Of a stretch of DNA of 64,000 nucleotides, positions 23,935 through 35,652 are shown in pieces (position 1 is the stretch's first letter; every line of letters starts with the position of its first letter). The position numbers and the translations under genes were made by a program. Source of the DNA: TPA_inf: Saccharomyces (lineage: Eukaryota); NCBI GenBank assembly GCA_000146045.2, contig BK006941.2, forward strand, positions 1 to 64,000, written 5' to 3'. Below the pieces are notes generated by a model, which had not been told where the DNA came from, made no database searches, and saw only the letters and a list, made by a program, of their open reading frames with translations.

Positions 23935-25395
23935 ATGGTTCATTTAGGTCCAAAAAAACCACAAGCCAGAAAGGGTTCCATGGCCGATGTGCCAAAGGAA
24001 TTGATGCAACAAATTGAGAATTTTGAAAAAATTTTCACTGTTCCAACTGAAACTTTACAAGCCGTTACCAAGCACTTCATTTCCGAATTGGAAAAGGGTT
24101 TGTCCAAGAAGGGTGGTAACATTCCAATGATTCCAGGTTGGGTTATGGATTTCCCAACTGGTAAGGAATCCGGTGATTTCTTGGCCATTGATTTGGGTGG
24201 TACCAACTTGAGAGTTGTCTTAGTCAAGTTGGGCGGTGACCGTACCTTTGACACCACTCAATCTAAGTACAGATTACCAGATGCTATGAGAACTACTCAA
24301 AATCCAGACGAATTGTGGGAATTTATTGCCGACTCTTTGAAAGCTTTTATTGATGAGCAATTCCCACAAGGTATCTCTGAGCCAATTCCATTGGGTTTCA
24401 CCTTTTCTTTCCCAGCTTCTCAAAACAAAATCAATGAAGGTATCTTGCAAAGATGGACTAAAGGTTTTGATATTCCAAACATTGAAAACCACGATGTTGT
24501 TCCAATGTTGCAAAAGCAAATCACTAAGAGGAATATCCCAATTGAAGTTGTTGCTTTGATAAACGACACTACCGGTACTTTGGTTGCTTCTTACTACACT
24601 GACCCAGAAACTAAGATGGGTGTTATCTTCGGTACTGGTGTCAATGGTGCTTACTACGATGTTTGTTCCGATATCGAAAAGCTACAAGGAAAACTATCTG
24701 ATGACATTCCACCATCTGCTCCAATGGCCATCAACTGTGAATACGGTTCCTTCGATAATGAACATGTCGTTTTGCCAAGAACTAAATACGATATCACCAT
24801 TGATGAAGAATCTCCAAGACCAGGCCAACAAACCTTTGAAAAAATGTCTTCTGGTTACTACTTAGGTGAAATTTTGCGTTTGGCCTTGATGGACATGTAC
24901 AAACAAGGTTTCATCTTCAAGAACCAAGACTTGTCTAAGTTCGACAAGCCTTTCGTCATGGACACTTCTTACCCAGCCAGAATCGAGGAAGATCCATTCG
25001 AGAACCTAGAAGATACCGATGACTTGTTCCAAAATGAGTTCGGTATCAACACTACTGTTCAAGAACGTAAATTGATCAGACGTTTATCTGAATTGATTGG
25101 TGCTAGAGCTGCTAGATTGTCCGTTTGTGGTATTGCTGCTATCTGTCAAAAGAGAGGTTACAAGACCGGTCACATCGCTGCAGACGGTTCCGTTTACAAC
25201 AGATACCCAGGTTTCAAAGAAAAGGCTGCCAATGCTTTGAAGGACATTTACGGCTGGACTCAAACCTCACTAGACGACTACCCAATCAAGATTGTTCCTG
25301 CTGAAGATGGTTCCGGTGCTGGTGCCGCTGTTATTGCTGCTTTGGCCCAAAAAAGAATTGCTGAAGGTAAGTCCGTTGGTATCATCGGTGCTTAA
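23935..25395 (+). CDS. HXK2: Hexokinase 2, 486 aa
   Basis: MVHLGPKKPQARKGSMADVPKELMQQIENFEKIF... with hexokinase motifs LAIDLGGTNLRVVLV and the C-terminus ...GIIGA. Confidence 0.95.
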   Translation: MVHLGPKKPQARKGSMADVPKELMQQIENFEKIFTVPTETLQAVTKHFISELEKGLSKKGGNIPMIPGWVMDFPTGKESGDFLAIDLGGTNLRVVLVKLGGDRTFDTTQSKYRLPDAMRTTQNPDELWEFIADSLKAFIDEQFPQGISEPIPLGFTFSFPASQNKINEGILQRWTKGFDIPNIENHDVVPMLQKQITKRNIPIEVVALINDTTGTLVASYYTDPETKMGVIFGTGVNGAYYDVCSDIEKLQGKLSDDIPPSAPMAINCEYGSFDNEHVVLPRTKYDITIDEESPRPGQQTFEKMSSGYYLGEILRLALMDMYKQGFIFKNQDLSKFDKPFVMDTSYPARIEEDPFENLEDTDDLFQNEFGINTTVQERKLIRRLSELIGARAARLSVCGIAAICQKRGYKTGHIAADGSVYNRYPGFKEKAANALKDIYGWTQTSLDDYPIKIVPAEDGSGAGAAVIAALAQKRIAEGKSVGIIGA

Positions 25396-25717
25396 ACTTA
25401 ATTTGTAAATTAAGTTTGAACAACAAGAAGGTGCCCTTTTTCTACTTATGTGAACATGTTTTCTATGATCTTTTTTTTTCTTACTTTTACAACTGTGATA
25501 TTGTATAAACTTTGTTAGAAATTCACGGGATTTATTCGTGACGATAAATATTTATATAGACAAAGAATATGACGATTTATGAAATCTACATGATTTTAGT
25601 TTCTTTTAACAATTGCTCGTTTTTTTCTCTTGCTTAATTTTAAATTTTTTTGGTAGTAAAAGATGCTTATATAAGGATTTCGTATTTATTGTTCAAGTAT
25701 TTAAAGACTAGATGTCT

Positions 25718-27484
25718 TTATTCTTCATAAAATTGCACGCCAATTTTAACCCTCTCTACACTTCCTCTAGATAGCTTGCGTACTTTCTTTTGTAGCGTGA
25801 TAATTCTGGAACGAACGGAAGCACTTGTTTTAAGATCGTCCTTACTAATTCTCACAACCACTTCATACCCGCGATTTTTACGCGTGGATTCTTCTTTTAC
25901 CTTTGTAGTGTTTGCATCATCAATGATTAATTCTTTTAAACTGGTCTCCACCTCACTACGCTTAGAAACATGGAAATCAAATACGTTATCTCTGATATTA
26001 CCACCTGGATGAACACCGCAAATCACATACATAATCGTACCAATATACTTCGTCCACCATACAATTCTCAATGCTTCAGCTTTATCACCTTCGCGTAGAA
26101 CTACTTGTTCTAATTCTTGGGAGTATTTTTCTTCAGATTCCGGAATGTTGCCGCCCCATCTACTACATAGAGCAATTCCTATCAGCGCTCTAGCTCTGTG
26201 AGATAATCCATGACAGCCGGCTATTATCCCTCTTGTAGCAACATGTAATGCAGCTGTTGGTTGTAACTCCTTTGGATAAGAGGCATGAACAAATGCTAAG
26301 TTACATAAAGCAGGAGCAATCCTTTCGTTTACTATTTCTGGTATATCTTCTTGTGGGATTGATGTTCTCAATAGATATAGATATTTTTCAGTAAGTAATG
26401 GAGCATAAGGACGGGACGCAATTAGCAATGGATCTTGTGCACGAATTTCTTTTGGAAGAAGAGAATAAAGTGAACCCTCTCGAACACCACCCTCACTAAA
26501 ATGTACAGCTTTGATCTGGGGAATCGCTTCAAAAACAGCACTCATGAACAAACCAACGGCAGGAAGTTGTAAAGCCCTTCTATCAGAAACCTTAAATATT
26601 TTATGCTCTTTTGAAGAACCTGGTATTTTTTGTTTTAGGAATAGATAATCTGACATAGACGAGAATTCTTCATAAGTGCAAGCATATCCGTTAATTATTG
26701 TTTGGATGGGATAACCTTCCGACTGGTAAAGAAGCAGATGTCCCATACCTCTTAAACCACCCCCACGGGTCCAAAGGTCAAATCCACCTTCTTTCTTGGC
26801 GTCATCAATCATTTCTTGAGGTATACCAATTTTTTCAATCGCATCTTTGTACGCTTCTTTAATCTCATAAAAAAGTGCCCTATTATCATCTGTTCTCATT
26901 CTTCTCAAAAGAGTTCCAGCTCCATATGGCAAAGATACAGGTTTGCTGGATTGCTTGACTTCTCCGTGCGAGCTTATTACCCATGATAACTGAGTACTAC
27001 CACCTGCCACATCTAGATATAGACCTCTTACTGTATTAAATGAGGAAACAACACCATATATGCCGACCCTAGTTTCATCTTCCTGGCCTAATATTTCTAC
27101 TTTCCAGCCAGTGCTACCGTAAACAGCATTAACAAATTCATCCGCGTTAATAGCATCTCGCGTGGCTTCTGTTGCAATTACTCTGACACTAGTTTCAGGT
27201 ACACCAAAATCATCGCAAATTAATTTGAATCTCTTCATGGCAGAACAAACCTCTTTTATAATATCTCTGGGAATAGGGCATTTTGCGTTCGTATGTGTAT
27301 TATATTGAACTTCGTATAGAGAAAGACCAACCCTATCTTTAAAAACACAAGGCATAATTCTTGCATGATGTGCAGCCTTGGAAGATATACTAAAACGAAT
27401 ACCATTAGAACCTATGTCGACGATTCCACACAAGTTTCTCGACACGACCTCAGTCTCGGTATCACTATCGCTAAGTGTTGACAT
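25718..27484 (-). CDS. RTG2: Retrograde signalling regulator with an N-terminal Ppx/GppA-type ATP-binding domain, 588 aa
   Basis: MSTLSDSDTETEVVSRNLCGIVDIGSNGIRFSIS.... The track starts 3 codons upstream at a GTG; the first ATG is the cat at 27482-27484. Confidence 0.8.
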   Translation of the reverse strand: MSTLSDSDTETEVVSRNLCGIVDIGSNGIRFSISSKAAHHARIMPCVFKDRVGLSLYEVQYNTHTNAKCPIPRDIIKEVCSAMKRFKLICDDFGVPETSVRVIATEATRDAINADEFVNAVYGSTGWKVEILGQEDETRVGIYGVVSSFNTVRGLYLDVAGGSTQLSWVISSHGEVKQSSKPVSLPYGAGTLLRRMRTDDNRALFYEIKEAYKDAIEKIGIPQEMIDDAKKEGGFDLWTRGGGLRGMGHLLLYQSEGYPIQTIINGYACTYEEFSSMSDYLFLKQKIPGSSKEHKIFKVSDRRALQLPAVGLFMSAVFEAIPQIKAVHFSEGGVREGSLYSLLPKEIRAQDPLLIASRPYAPLLTEKYLYLLRTSIPQEDIPEIVNERIAPALCNLAFVHASYPKELQPTAALHVATRGIIAGCHGLSHRARALIGIALCSRWGGNIPESEEKYSQELEQVVLREGDKAEALRIVWWTKYIGTIMYVICGVHPGGNIRDNVFDFHVSKRSEVETSLKELIIDDANTTKVKEESTRKNRGYEVVVRISKDDLKTSASVRSRIITLQKKVRKLSRGSVERVKIGVQFYEE

Positions 27485-27920
27485 TTGTGGCACGCCTACA
27501 CTTTTCGTTCAAAACAATCCTTAGTAAAGGACACTTCCAAGAGTGAGTTTCTTTTTTAAAAGGTACATATGAATGAATTACTAATCTCACTTCGATTCTT
27601 TCAATTGATCTAGGAACTCCGCCGGCAAAGTTATCCTATCTCGGCATTCTGACCCGGATCGCTTATCGCGGTCATGTGACTAATAATTGAAATGATAAAT
27701 AGCACGATATGTAACAATAGTAATATATCAATTGACAATGTCATCTTGTTCCCTAATAAATAGTAAAGGTTCCAATTGTTTCACCACTGGCTGCATTTTA
27801 AAAACAAAGCATTATAAGTAAACTCTCACACATGCTAACTTCTGTTGGGAAGCAATACAAATAACAGAAAGGATTGGGGTAATGAATATCAGTAATGTCT
27901 ATTGTTCCCGGCCATGCCGC

Positions 27921-30900
27921 TCATTCAAACTCTATATCGGAACCCAAGAAATCCAGATCACCATTCGGATCACTTATTGAGCTCGCCGCTGTATTACTAG
28001 AATAACTATCGGATGATTCAAGATCAATAGGAATTATTTCAGGGCAGTTTTCGGGGCCTGATTTTAGGACTTGTTCACCCGCTTCCATAGACGACATCTG
28101 TTGCGATAGATTATAAATTTTTGAAGGAAGTGTATGAACTGTCGCAATATCTGTATTTTCTTCTTGCCACTGCTTTGGTTTACTATTCAGTCTTTTTTCC
28201 AGGTGAGGGGTTGTGTTGATATTTTTTGCAAGCAGTGGCTGGCGTATTTGATCAGGTTTTGATACTGGCTTGATTGAGGAGGGTCCTTTTTCTTTTATAT
28301 ACTTTACTGGAATACCCTCTTTACAACATAAATGTCTGCATTGCGTTTTGTCTTTGCAGCTATGAAAACACTCGTAATTGCCATTAGATCTTACTTGGCG
28401 GCCATTACTAAAATGTGAAGAAGAGTGTGCCTCCGGGTGAATAACTGCTGCAGATTCAACCGCCTTTGATGATTTCTTCCTTTCATTCAAATAATCTAGT
28501 ATACTATCATCTGAGGATAGCGATTCTTCTAATCCATCTTTATGGGAAACCCTAGACGTTTTCCCCACTTCTCCGTCACTACTGCTTTCATAGAAGAGGC
28601 ATTTTTCTAAACTATTTAGATCTTTCCTTATATTTGGTGTCTTCGCAGAGAACTGTGATGCCAAATGATCAGTGGAATATACGATTGTTTTGCCGAGTCC
28701 GGCGATTTCTTGGCAATGAATTGAGAATTCTATTTTTTCTAGTTTTGGTGATATTTTTGCTGAAATTCTAAAGCCCCTTGGTGACTGTAGTTTGTTAACT
28801 TGCAATCTTCTAAAGTCGATTAACTCTCCTGAGCTTTTCTCGGTTTCGATATCTAATGAGAGGTGCTGACCATGCCAAATGCTAGACTTGAATGTTGCAC
28901 TAATCTCAACTTTAAATGTCAACCACAACTCTTCATTTTCTATTTTGCAATTTTCTAGTTTTGTTCTAATATTCAGACAAGGCAACAAAGAAATGTCGTT
29001 TTTAATTTTTATGCCGTTTCCAATCTTGAGGTTAAGATAGTATTCAATCTGAGTATCTGACAAATGCCCCATTTCTTCTAGATTGGTAATTCCATGTCGT
29101 ATTAGCCTTCTTACTGAAACTAGTCCAATTGTTTTCAATTGCCTAAGAACCATTGGCGTGTTTTCCCAGCAGTGACCATTCAGGCTTCGCAGTAAGAACA
29201 AAGTATTTTTCAGTGATGTTCCATCACTTTTTTCAATAAATGTGTCTACCATGCATTTTAGTAATCTAAAACAATGTCTAAAAACGAGGAATTTATCCTG
29301 AACAAGAGTTTGATGTAGTTTAGAAGCGCCTTCGTATGATGGAAATTCTAACCCACCTAACTCATATTGAATCAAAAGAGAAACCTTTTGACTAACCCTG
29401 TCAATTATTTGGCTCTGTTTCTTCTCGGTTAAAAATGGATATTTCAAAAGTGGCGATAAATTGATTTCTTTGAACAATTTTTTTTCATTGTGCCTCACCC
29501 TCATAACTGAAAACTCTTCAGAAGTGGCCAGTAAATTTAGTATCCCTTGTAATGATAGAAATTTTTTTGCGTTAATGAATTGTTTCATCGACTCAAAGGA
29601 TATATAATGTCGCGTCATTGCATTTCCGTACGCTGTAGATTTGTACTCCCCATTGCTGATATCGATTATTTTCACTTTTACTAAGGTGTCAAGCAAATAC
29701 TGACAGAATTGATTTATCTGAGAGTCTTCAACGGAATGAAAACTAACGTATCTGTTCACCTCTTGATATGCAGCTGGATTCTTCCCAAATCTAACGTAAA
29801 AGAATGTGTTTCGTAGCCAATTTACTGCAGTTTCAATTGAATATACAGTTTCCAAAGAGGTTTCTGCTGCTAAATGCTCGATCAAATTCAAATGTAATGA
29901 ACTTTCCAAAACGTCAGTTCCATGAATTAAGTTTTCATATGTTTGCTTCATTTTAGAGTCTGTCATGATTACTGCGCACCCGTGAGTTTCAAATTGAGGT
30001 CTTCCTGCCCGCCCAATCATTTGCAGTACATCTAGGTCTGAATACTCTTGGATTTCAGAAGAGTTCCAACTTTTGGTGCCTTTGATAATGACCAAATATG
30101 CGGGAAGGTTCACACCAACAGCTAACGTTGAAGTTGAACACAATATATTAATTGAACCTGCAAGAAATTCTTTCTCAACGGCAGTACGGTCTTCTAAAGA
30201 AATTCCAGCATGATGGAAAGCGATACCTTGTTGCATACATTCATTTAATATTTTATCGGAGGGATTATGATTACATCTTTTCTTACTTTTTGAAAAAATA
30301 TGATTATTTAATAAAAATTTTGCTGTTGATATAGTTGAAGCCCTAGTCGGACAAAATATTAGTACGGGACGATTATCGGCATGCTTTTCAATTATTTCAA
30401 TCAATTTGGAATTATATATAGCATCTTTTTGGAAGTCATTTTTGCAATTGAAGGAGTACCCATAAACAAACTTCGTTAACTGAACTTGCCTGTACGATTC
30501 GTCAAAAGAAAGAATATTTGCAGGAAGCTCGTTGTTAGTTTTGAGCCACAATGCTAGGTCTTCTATATTTGGAACTGTTGCACTTAAAGCAACAAACCGA
30601 ATGTTTTGACACATTGTATTCATCCTTGTCAGAATTACTTCCAAAGATGCTCCTCTTTTCTCCTTTATGGTATGAATCTCATCAACTAGGACAAGTTTGA
30701 CCAATTCGAATAATCGGCTGTAATCGGACCATCTTCTTGTTAACAAATCCCATTTTTCTGGTGTCGTAATTATTATGTTACATTTTTTAGCCTTTTCAGT
30801 TTCCAGAAAAGAGGTATCACTAGTAAGCATACCAACAGAAAGATTCACAAAGGAAGGAAACCAGTTCTTGTACATCTCGTAACATAGAGATTTGGTTGGC

Positions 30901-31636
30901 GCGATGTATATAATTTTGGTGTTATTGGTATCACTATTTGTTTCCTTTATAAGACGTAATATTGCCAATTCAAATAATACAGTCTTGCCTGATCCGGTTG
31001 GTGAAGAAATTATGCAGTTCTCGTTACTCTCATAAATACTAGGAAAAGCCTCTGATTGCATTTTATTAAATTCTGTAAATTTAAAAACCCCTCTGAATGA
31101 ATCTGGTAATATGGTCGTGCTCAAACATTTCTTCGCTGATTTCCTTATCGTGACCTTCTTAGGTTTCTTCGCCTCTTCATCAGGTGTCTGCTCTAAATCG
31201 TGATCAAATAATTTACTAGTTACTTGTGTATCATCTGCTGTTATTGAAAAATTATCGTCTTTGTCGAAGAATTGCAGACCACGGCCCTCAAATATTTCCT
31301 CTGTTTCATTTTCATCATCACAATCATCCAGTAAACTGTTATAAGACAAACCTACTTTAAAACTTGGTTGGCGGCTATTTTTCTTATTTCTTTTAAATGT
31401 AGCAGACTGGTCGTTAAAGTCAATATCTATAAGTCCTCTGAAATTCTAGTCCAGAAAAACCACTTTTGGTTGCATTTCCGCTAGATAATAAAAGAAAGAG
31501 GTAACAATGTTAGTCAAAATACTGTTGTTGTCCGATATGGTGTAAACTGATAAGGGTGTTGCTAAGCTTCGTTACTACTATTTGGAGAGGGTCTACTTCT
31601 TTTTCCTGTACCGAGGCGATCAAACTTTGTTTTCAT
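27921..31636 (-). CDS. HFM1: Meiosis-specific DExH-box DNA helicase (ZMM crossover protein), 1187 aa, two exons: complement(join(27921..31426,31579..31636))
   Basis: Exon 2 carries the helicase motifs SSPTGSGKTVLFELAILRL and DEIH plus a Sec63-like C-terminus. Exon 1 is ATGAAAACAAAGTTTGATCGCCTCGGTACAGGAAAAAGAAGTAGACCCTCTCCAAATA (58 nt, MKTKFDRLGTGKRSRPSPN). The two join in frame across a 152-nt intron to give ...SPNNIDFNDQSATFKRNKK.... The total of 3564 nt equals 1187 aa plus a stop codon. Confidence 0.8.
31427..31578 (-). other. HFM1/MER3 intron (152 nt) with a non-canonical 5' splice site GTAGTA, a Mer1-type enhancer ACACCCTT, a GACTAAC branch-like site and a TTATAG 3' splice site
   Basis: The minus-strand intron reads gtagtaacgaagcttagcaacacccttatcag...ttttgactaacattg...ggacttatag. 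Without splicing, exon 1 runs into a TAG after 24 codons. The spliced frame is continuous. Confidence 0.7.
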
Positions 31637-31897
31637 CCTTACGACGCCTCTTAAGTTGTCAAATCCACCTTGAGGTATCAATCATTTTCAATGAAAGGAT
31701 TTCTTGATAGATGATACTAATAGTCCCGTTTTGTTTATAATCCGGGGCAAAGTCTAAATACCCGCCGAGCCTGCATCCATTCGTGGTACATGATATGTTA
31801 AAACTACAACAAGGCATAAAAAAGGGAAGTATATATGATTAATTATATATACGTAAAGGAAAAGATACGTAGTTAAAGATTGTTTTTGTTGGTATCA

Positions 31898-32635
31898 ATG
31901 GAATCAAAGATGAGTGAAGAAGAAGCGCATAAAACAGTGGAGGTGGATGACGTCGGGGTTCAATTGGATGAGGGCGATGAAGAAGACCTTTTGGAGTATG
32001 ATGATGAACTCGTGGAGGAACAACCATCGGACGCCCGTATACGCAACGTGGCAGAGACTTTAATGAAAAGCGAATTGCCCAAAGTCACCGTGGAATATAA
32101 AGATACTACATTTCTGTTGTTCACGTCGGATGATAAGAACGAAAGTAACAACCCCATAATATGTGAAAACGCTGCTCTTTATCAGCGACCCATGGGGGAA
32201 TTCATGGAATCCATTCGTAAATTTATGGGAAATCGTTTTGGCAGGTTGGCTTTTGCTACGAAGGAGTTGGTTTTACAACTGAAAAGCCTCGATTTGACCT
32301 TGTTCGAAGATAATGTCTACAACAACCATATTTCATTCAGCGATGTTTATACTATATTTAAAATCCTGAAGGAAAGATCGGAGTCTAATTTTGAAACTGA
32401 TATACCGACGCACTTGGCTATTGAATTAAGTACAAGGCCAAGATTTGTCTCTCGGTACAACGCCTTGGTTGAATTAACTGAAAGCTCAGCTACGTTGAAA
32501 AACATAAAGCCATTTTCTAACGATGAAACGCATCCCTTAATTGTGGATGACAATGACCAATATACACACCAGAATACTTCAGAAGTCATTGTAATGGACA
32601 TAGATGATGACGTAGGTGAGGATTCTGAAGACTAA
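31898..32635 (+). CDS. RMR1: Meiotic recombination protein of unknown biochemical function, YGL250W/RMR1; the start may instead be the second ATG at 31910
   Basis: Acidic ORF (MESKMSEEEAHKTVEVDD...). The track ORF begins at a TTG at 31880. In-frame ATGs occur at 31898 and 31910. Confidence 0.55.
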   Translation: MESKMSEEEAHKTVEVDDVGVQLDEGDEEDLLEYDDELVEEQPSDARIRNVAETLMKSELPKVTVEYKDTTFLLFTSDDKNESNNPIICENAALYQRPMGEFMESIRKFMGNRFGRLAFATKELVLQLKSLDLTLFEDNVYNNHISFSDVYTIFKILKERSESNFETDIPTHLAIELSTRPRFVSRYNALVELTESSATLKNIKPFSNDETHPLIVDDNDQYTHQNTSEVIVMDIDDDVGEDSED

Positions 32636-33097
32636 AGTAGCCATGTTTAATCAGCACTGATCGTGGGAAATCCTGATGTCCAACGGTGAGTTTCTGATTT
32701 CCCAGTCACGGATTCCTTTTGAGAATCTTCTCCCGCGAATAAATTATTGGCTCTGTGTAATATTTAAGGTCGCCTTCTTTTTCGTTTGTATAGTCAGCAG
32801 TTAAGTATTCATTAATTTTGGATGATGCAAAGGTCCATATTCGATTTCTGATAGCCCTTCCCCCTTTTTTGTAGCGAATTGTATTATTGTTTTGTATTGT
32901 TTTTTCGTCATTTTCTTCAATTTTTTTCAAGTTTTACTTTCGGAAGAATTGCTGAAAGTATTTTCTGTTAGGATATGTAAAATACAAGCATAAAATATGT
33001 TTCAGGAGAAGAAAATCACTCAATAGTGCCACACCATTGTTAACGAGCTCGAGTAATTGAATCAATTTAGAGAAATAGATCATATTACAAAAATACT

Positions 33098-35212
33098 ATG
33101 ATTATTGAACGTTGGGAAGTAAAGTTATCTAAATGTAACCAAAATGTGGGCGGCTATTCTGTTCTGTCAGGAAACTTAAAAGAAAACATCAAACTGGGAA
33201 GACGAGCACAAAAATATTTGAAAGAGCTAAGAAATTTGCAACTTAAACCACTGAAAATCGGAGGGTATGAAAACTGCGGCACGATCAATGGTGAAGAGTA
33301 TTTTTTGGAGGTAATTCACATCACCTCTGGAAGACAAAAAATAGATGTAGCCGTTGGCAAAACATGGAATGTGACTAACATTGAGAATGACAACAAAGAA
33401 GAACTACAGTATGAGTTATTCAAGGAAAAGTTAAAAGTCGGGAAACAGGACATGTTATTTTTTAGCTGGATGAAAAGTCTTTCAGTTCAATTAAATGCTC
33501 CTCTTCACCAAAAAATGACGGAACACGGTTTGGCAGACGATAACACGAGGTTAGAGTGGTTCAACATCCCACTTCTCAGAAGAAGTCAATACAGGAAAAA
33601 GGTACCATATCCGAGTTTAAGACAAATGTCCTCTGTACTGGAAGTGCAATGCAGCACACTAACGGAGGAAAAGTTGAACTTCTGCGTTGGATTTTCTGAT
33701 AAACCTTTGTCAGAATGGAAGCCCCAAATTTTTGAGCAAACCTACAATAGATACCGTTTACAACGGATCTCACCTGAGAAATCTTTCAAATATAAGAGTA
33801 GGTGCAGTAAGTACAATTTCAAGACCAGTTCGCAAAGCTGGGTTGTGAAAGTCCCAGAACATGATCAACAGCTTAATACGTTTGAAAAACGTTATGATGA
33901 ACTCTTTGATGCTCAATTTAATAAACTAGAATTTTTTAAAATAAGAATGAAAAAATTGAAAAAGAATAAGCCAATTGAGAAAAAGAACTATAAAATATGG
34001 TGTCTAGAAAAAGAAGACCTAAAGGATTTGGTATGGGATCCTCTGAAAAGAATTTGCAATCATTCTAGGTATGCAATATTTGAGCATGTTACCATAAATA
34101 GGGAGGCCTATTCGATCAAACCATTAAGGTTAACTTTTCAAAAATTAGATTCCGGCTCCCTTGACCTGATCGATAATCAAAAAAAGACGTTTGGTAGTAT
34201 AAAGCTTGCAATGAGTATGCCAGATGTAAAAAAAACTGAAAATCAGTCAATTGAAGAAAGTGAAAGACACGATGAAACTGCTATTGAAACCCAAGAATTT
34301 GATGAAAATGATTGTCTTTCATCTAAGGCGGATATTAATACATCATTAGCTCCTCAAAAGAGATCTTTCATCGATAATGAACTAATGTCCATGTTAGTCA
34401 CCAAAAAAAAAATAAAGAAGGACAAGGATGTTAGTGACACCGGTATATCTTCCACTTCATACTTGATAAATTCTGGGACATATGCAAATTCTCATATTGA
34501 AATTCCTACCTCTAATTCAGTTTACAATGGAAAGGAAGATTGCTCATTTAATAACTACTCAGTAAAGCATTCAATATTGGAAGAAGATATTGAGAATAAA
34601 TGCATAGCCGTAAATGAAAACAAGGTGATTGAGAACCAAAAGGTAATTCAGTCATTATGTAAAAATTCCCATCTAGACCTTATCGAACAATCTTACTTTG
34701 GCGAATGCGATTTCATTATAAACCATTCAACATGTGTATATAAAATTCAGGCGAGCCGATTTATGCAACTCAGAAATAACGGCTCATTGCATTACGATAA
34801 AGCGGTAAACGATCTTTTAACTGAATTTCAGAGAGTCATTATAATTGTGGAGTTTTCTGAAATAATACAAGACGTTGATCCTGATCTTTTCTGGAAAATC
34901 AAACTTTATTTATTGAATTCACGTGTTGATGTTTTTTTCATTCATGAGACTACTGACTTTTTTATTGATTGGATGAAATATTTCATTGCAAGATGGGCCT
35001 TTTCATATAACGATGAGAAAGAAAAAAATATTGCAAATGCCGATATTCTTCTAGATTTGGGATTTAACATCCTCTTAGTACGGAAAATTTTCCAGACATA
35101 TAGTCTCGAAGAATTTTTTATGGCAATAATAAAGGAAGAAAGCAAAGCTGTTAAAATGCTTACGGTTTCACAAATGACTCGCCTGAAGAAGTTATTAACC
35201 TTAGAATGGTAA
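33098..35212 (+). CDS. ZIP2: Synaptonemal-complex initiation / ZMM crossover protein, 704 aa
   Basis: 704-aa ORF matching ZIP2 in length and position, with an XPF-like C-terminal region. ATG confirmed at 33098. Confidence 0.7.
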   Translation: MIIERWEVKLSKCNQNVGGYSVLSGNLKENIKLGRRAQKYLKELRNLQLKPLKIGGYENCGTINGEEYFLEVIHITSGRQKIDVAVGKTWNVTNIENDNKEELQYELFKEKLKVGKQDMLFFSWMKSLSVQLNAPLHQKMTEHGLADDNTRLEWFNIPLLRRSQYRKKVPYPSLRQMSSVLEVQCSTLTEEKLNFCVGFSDKPLSEWKPQIFEQTYNRYRLQRISPEKSFKYKSRCSKYNFKTSSQSWVVKVPEHDQQLNTFEKRYDELFDAQFNKLEFFKIRMKKLKKNKPIEKKNYKIWCLEKEDLKDLVWDPLKRICNHSRYAIFEHVTINREAYSIKPLRLTFQKLDSGSLDLIDNQKKTFGSIKLAMSMPDVKKTENQSIEESERHDETAIETQEFDENDCLSSKADINTSLAPQKRSFIDNELMSMLVTKKKIKKDKDVSDTGISSTSYLINSGTYANSHIEIPTSNSVYNGKEDCSFNNYSVKHSILEEDIENKCIAVNENKVIENQKVIQSLCKNSHLDLIEQSYFGECDFIINHSTCVYKIQASRFMQLRNNGSLHYDKAVNDLLTEFQRVIIIVEFSEIIQDVDPDLFWKIKLYLLNSRVDVFFIHETTDFFIDWMKYFIARWAFSYNDEKEKNIANADILLDLGFNILLVRKIFQTYSLEEFFMAIIKEESKAVKMLTVSQMTRLKKLLTLEW

Positions 35213-35652
35213 ATCCAGCAAGGATCGTTACCCGGTAAACTATTTATACTACGCCTGCCTCTTTCGTTCTTCGACTACATGCTACAGTTAGTAAATTCAA
35301 CCAAGGAAAATGTATTTATTAACATGAACTAGCCACCTAATTAACCCTTACCTTATTTTTTATACCCTTGGATCATCGGAGTATCTGTAGATCATATGTT
35401 AACGTATGTATAATATTACATCTGTCACAATAAACAACCCGAAAAAAATACCGCACGGAAAATGAGTTACTGATTAAGATGCACTTTTTGGTGAGGGTGC
35501 GTGACTTGAAACTAAAAATTACCAATAGTCAAACCCTTTCCATTTTCGAGGGAAGCAATATCTGAAATTTATATTTTTAGAAATTTCCAAGAGAAAGTGG
35601 CTTTTAACGAGGTTCTTCTTCTTCATCCCCTTTTTTACCAATATTCCTTTTT

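Noticed and set aside
31347-31349. The ORF-track M at 31349 for MER3, and similar track starts at 62280 (TAN1), 49435 (CSE1), 22274 (FZF1), 27493 (RTG2), 31880 (RMR1) and 45203 (YGL242C)
   Set aside because: The codons there are TTG or GTG, which the ORF finder reports as M. They are not used as starts; coordinates were set from the first appropriate ATG or from exon structure.
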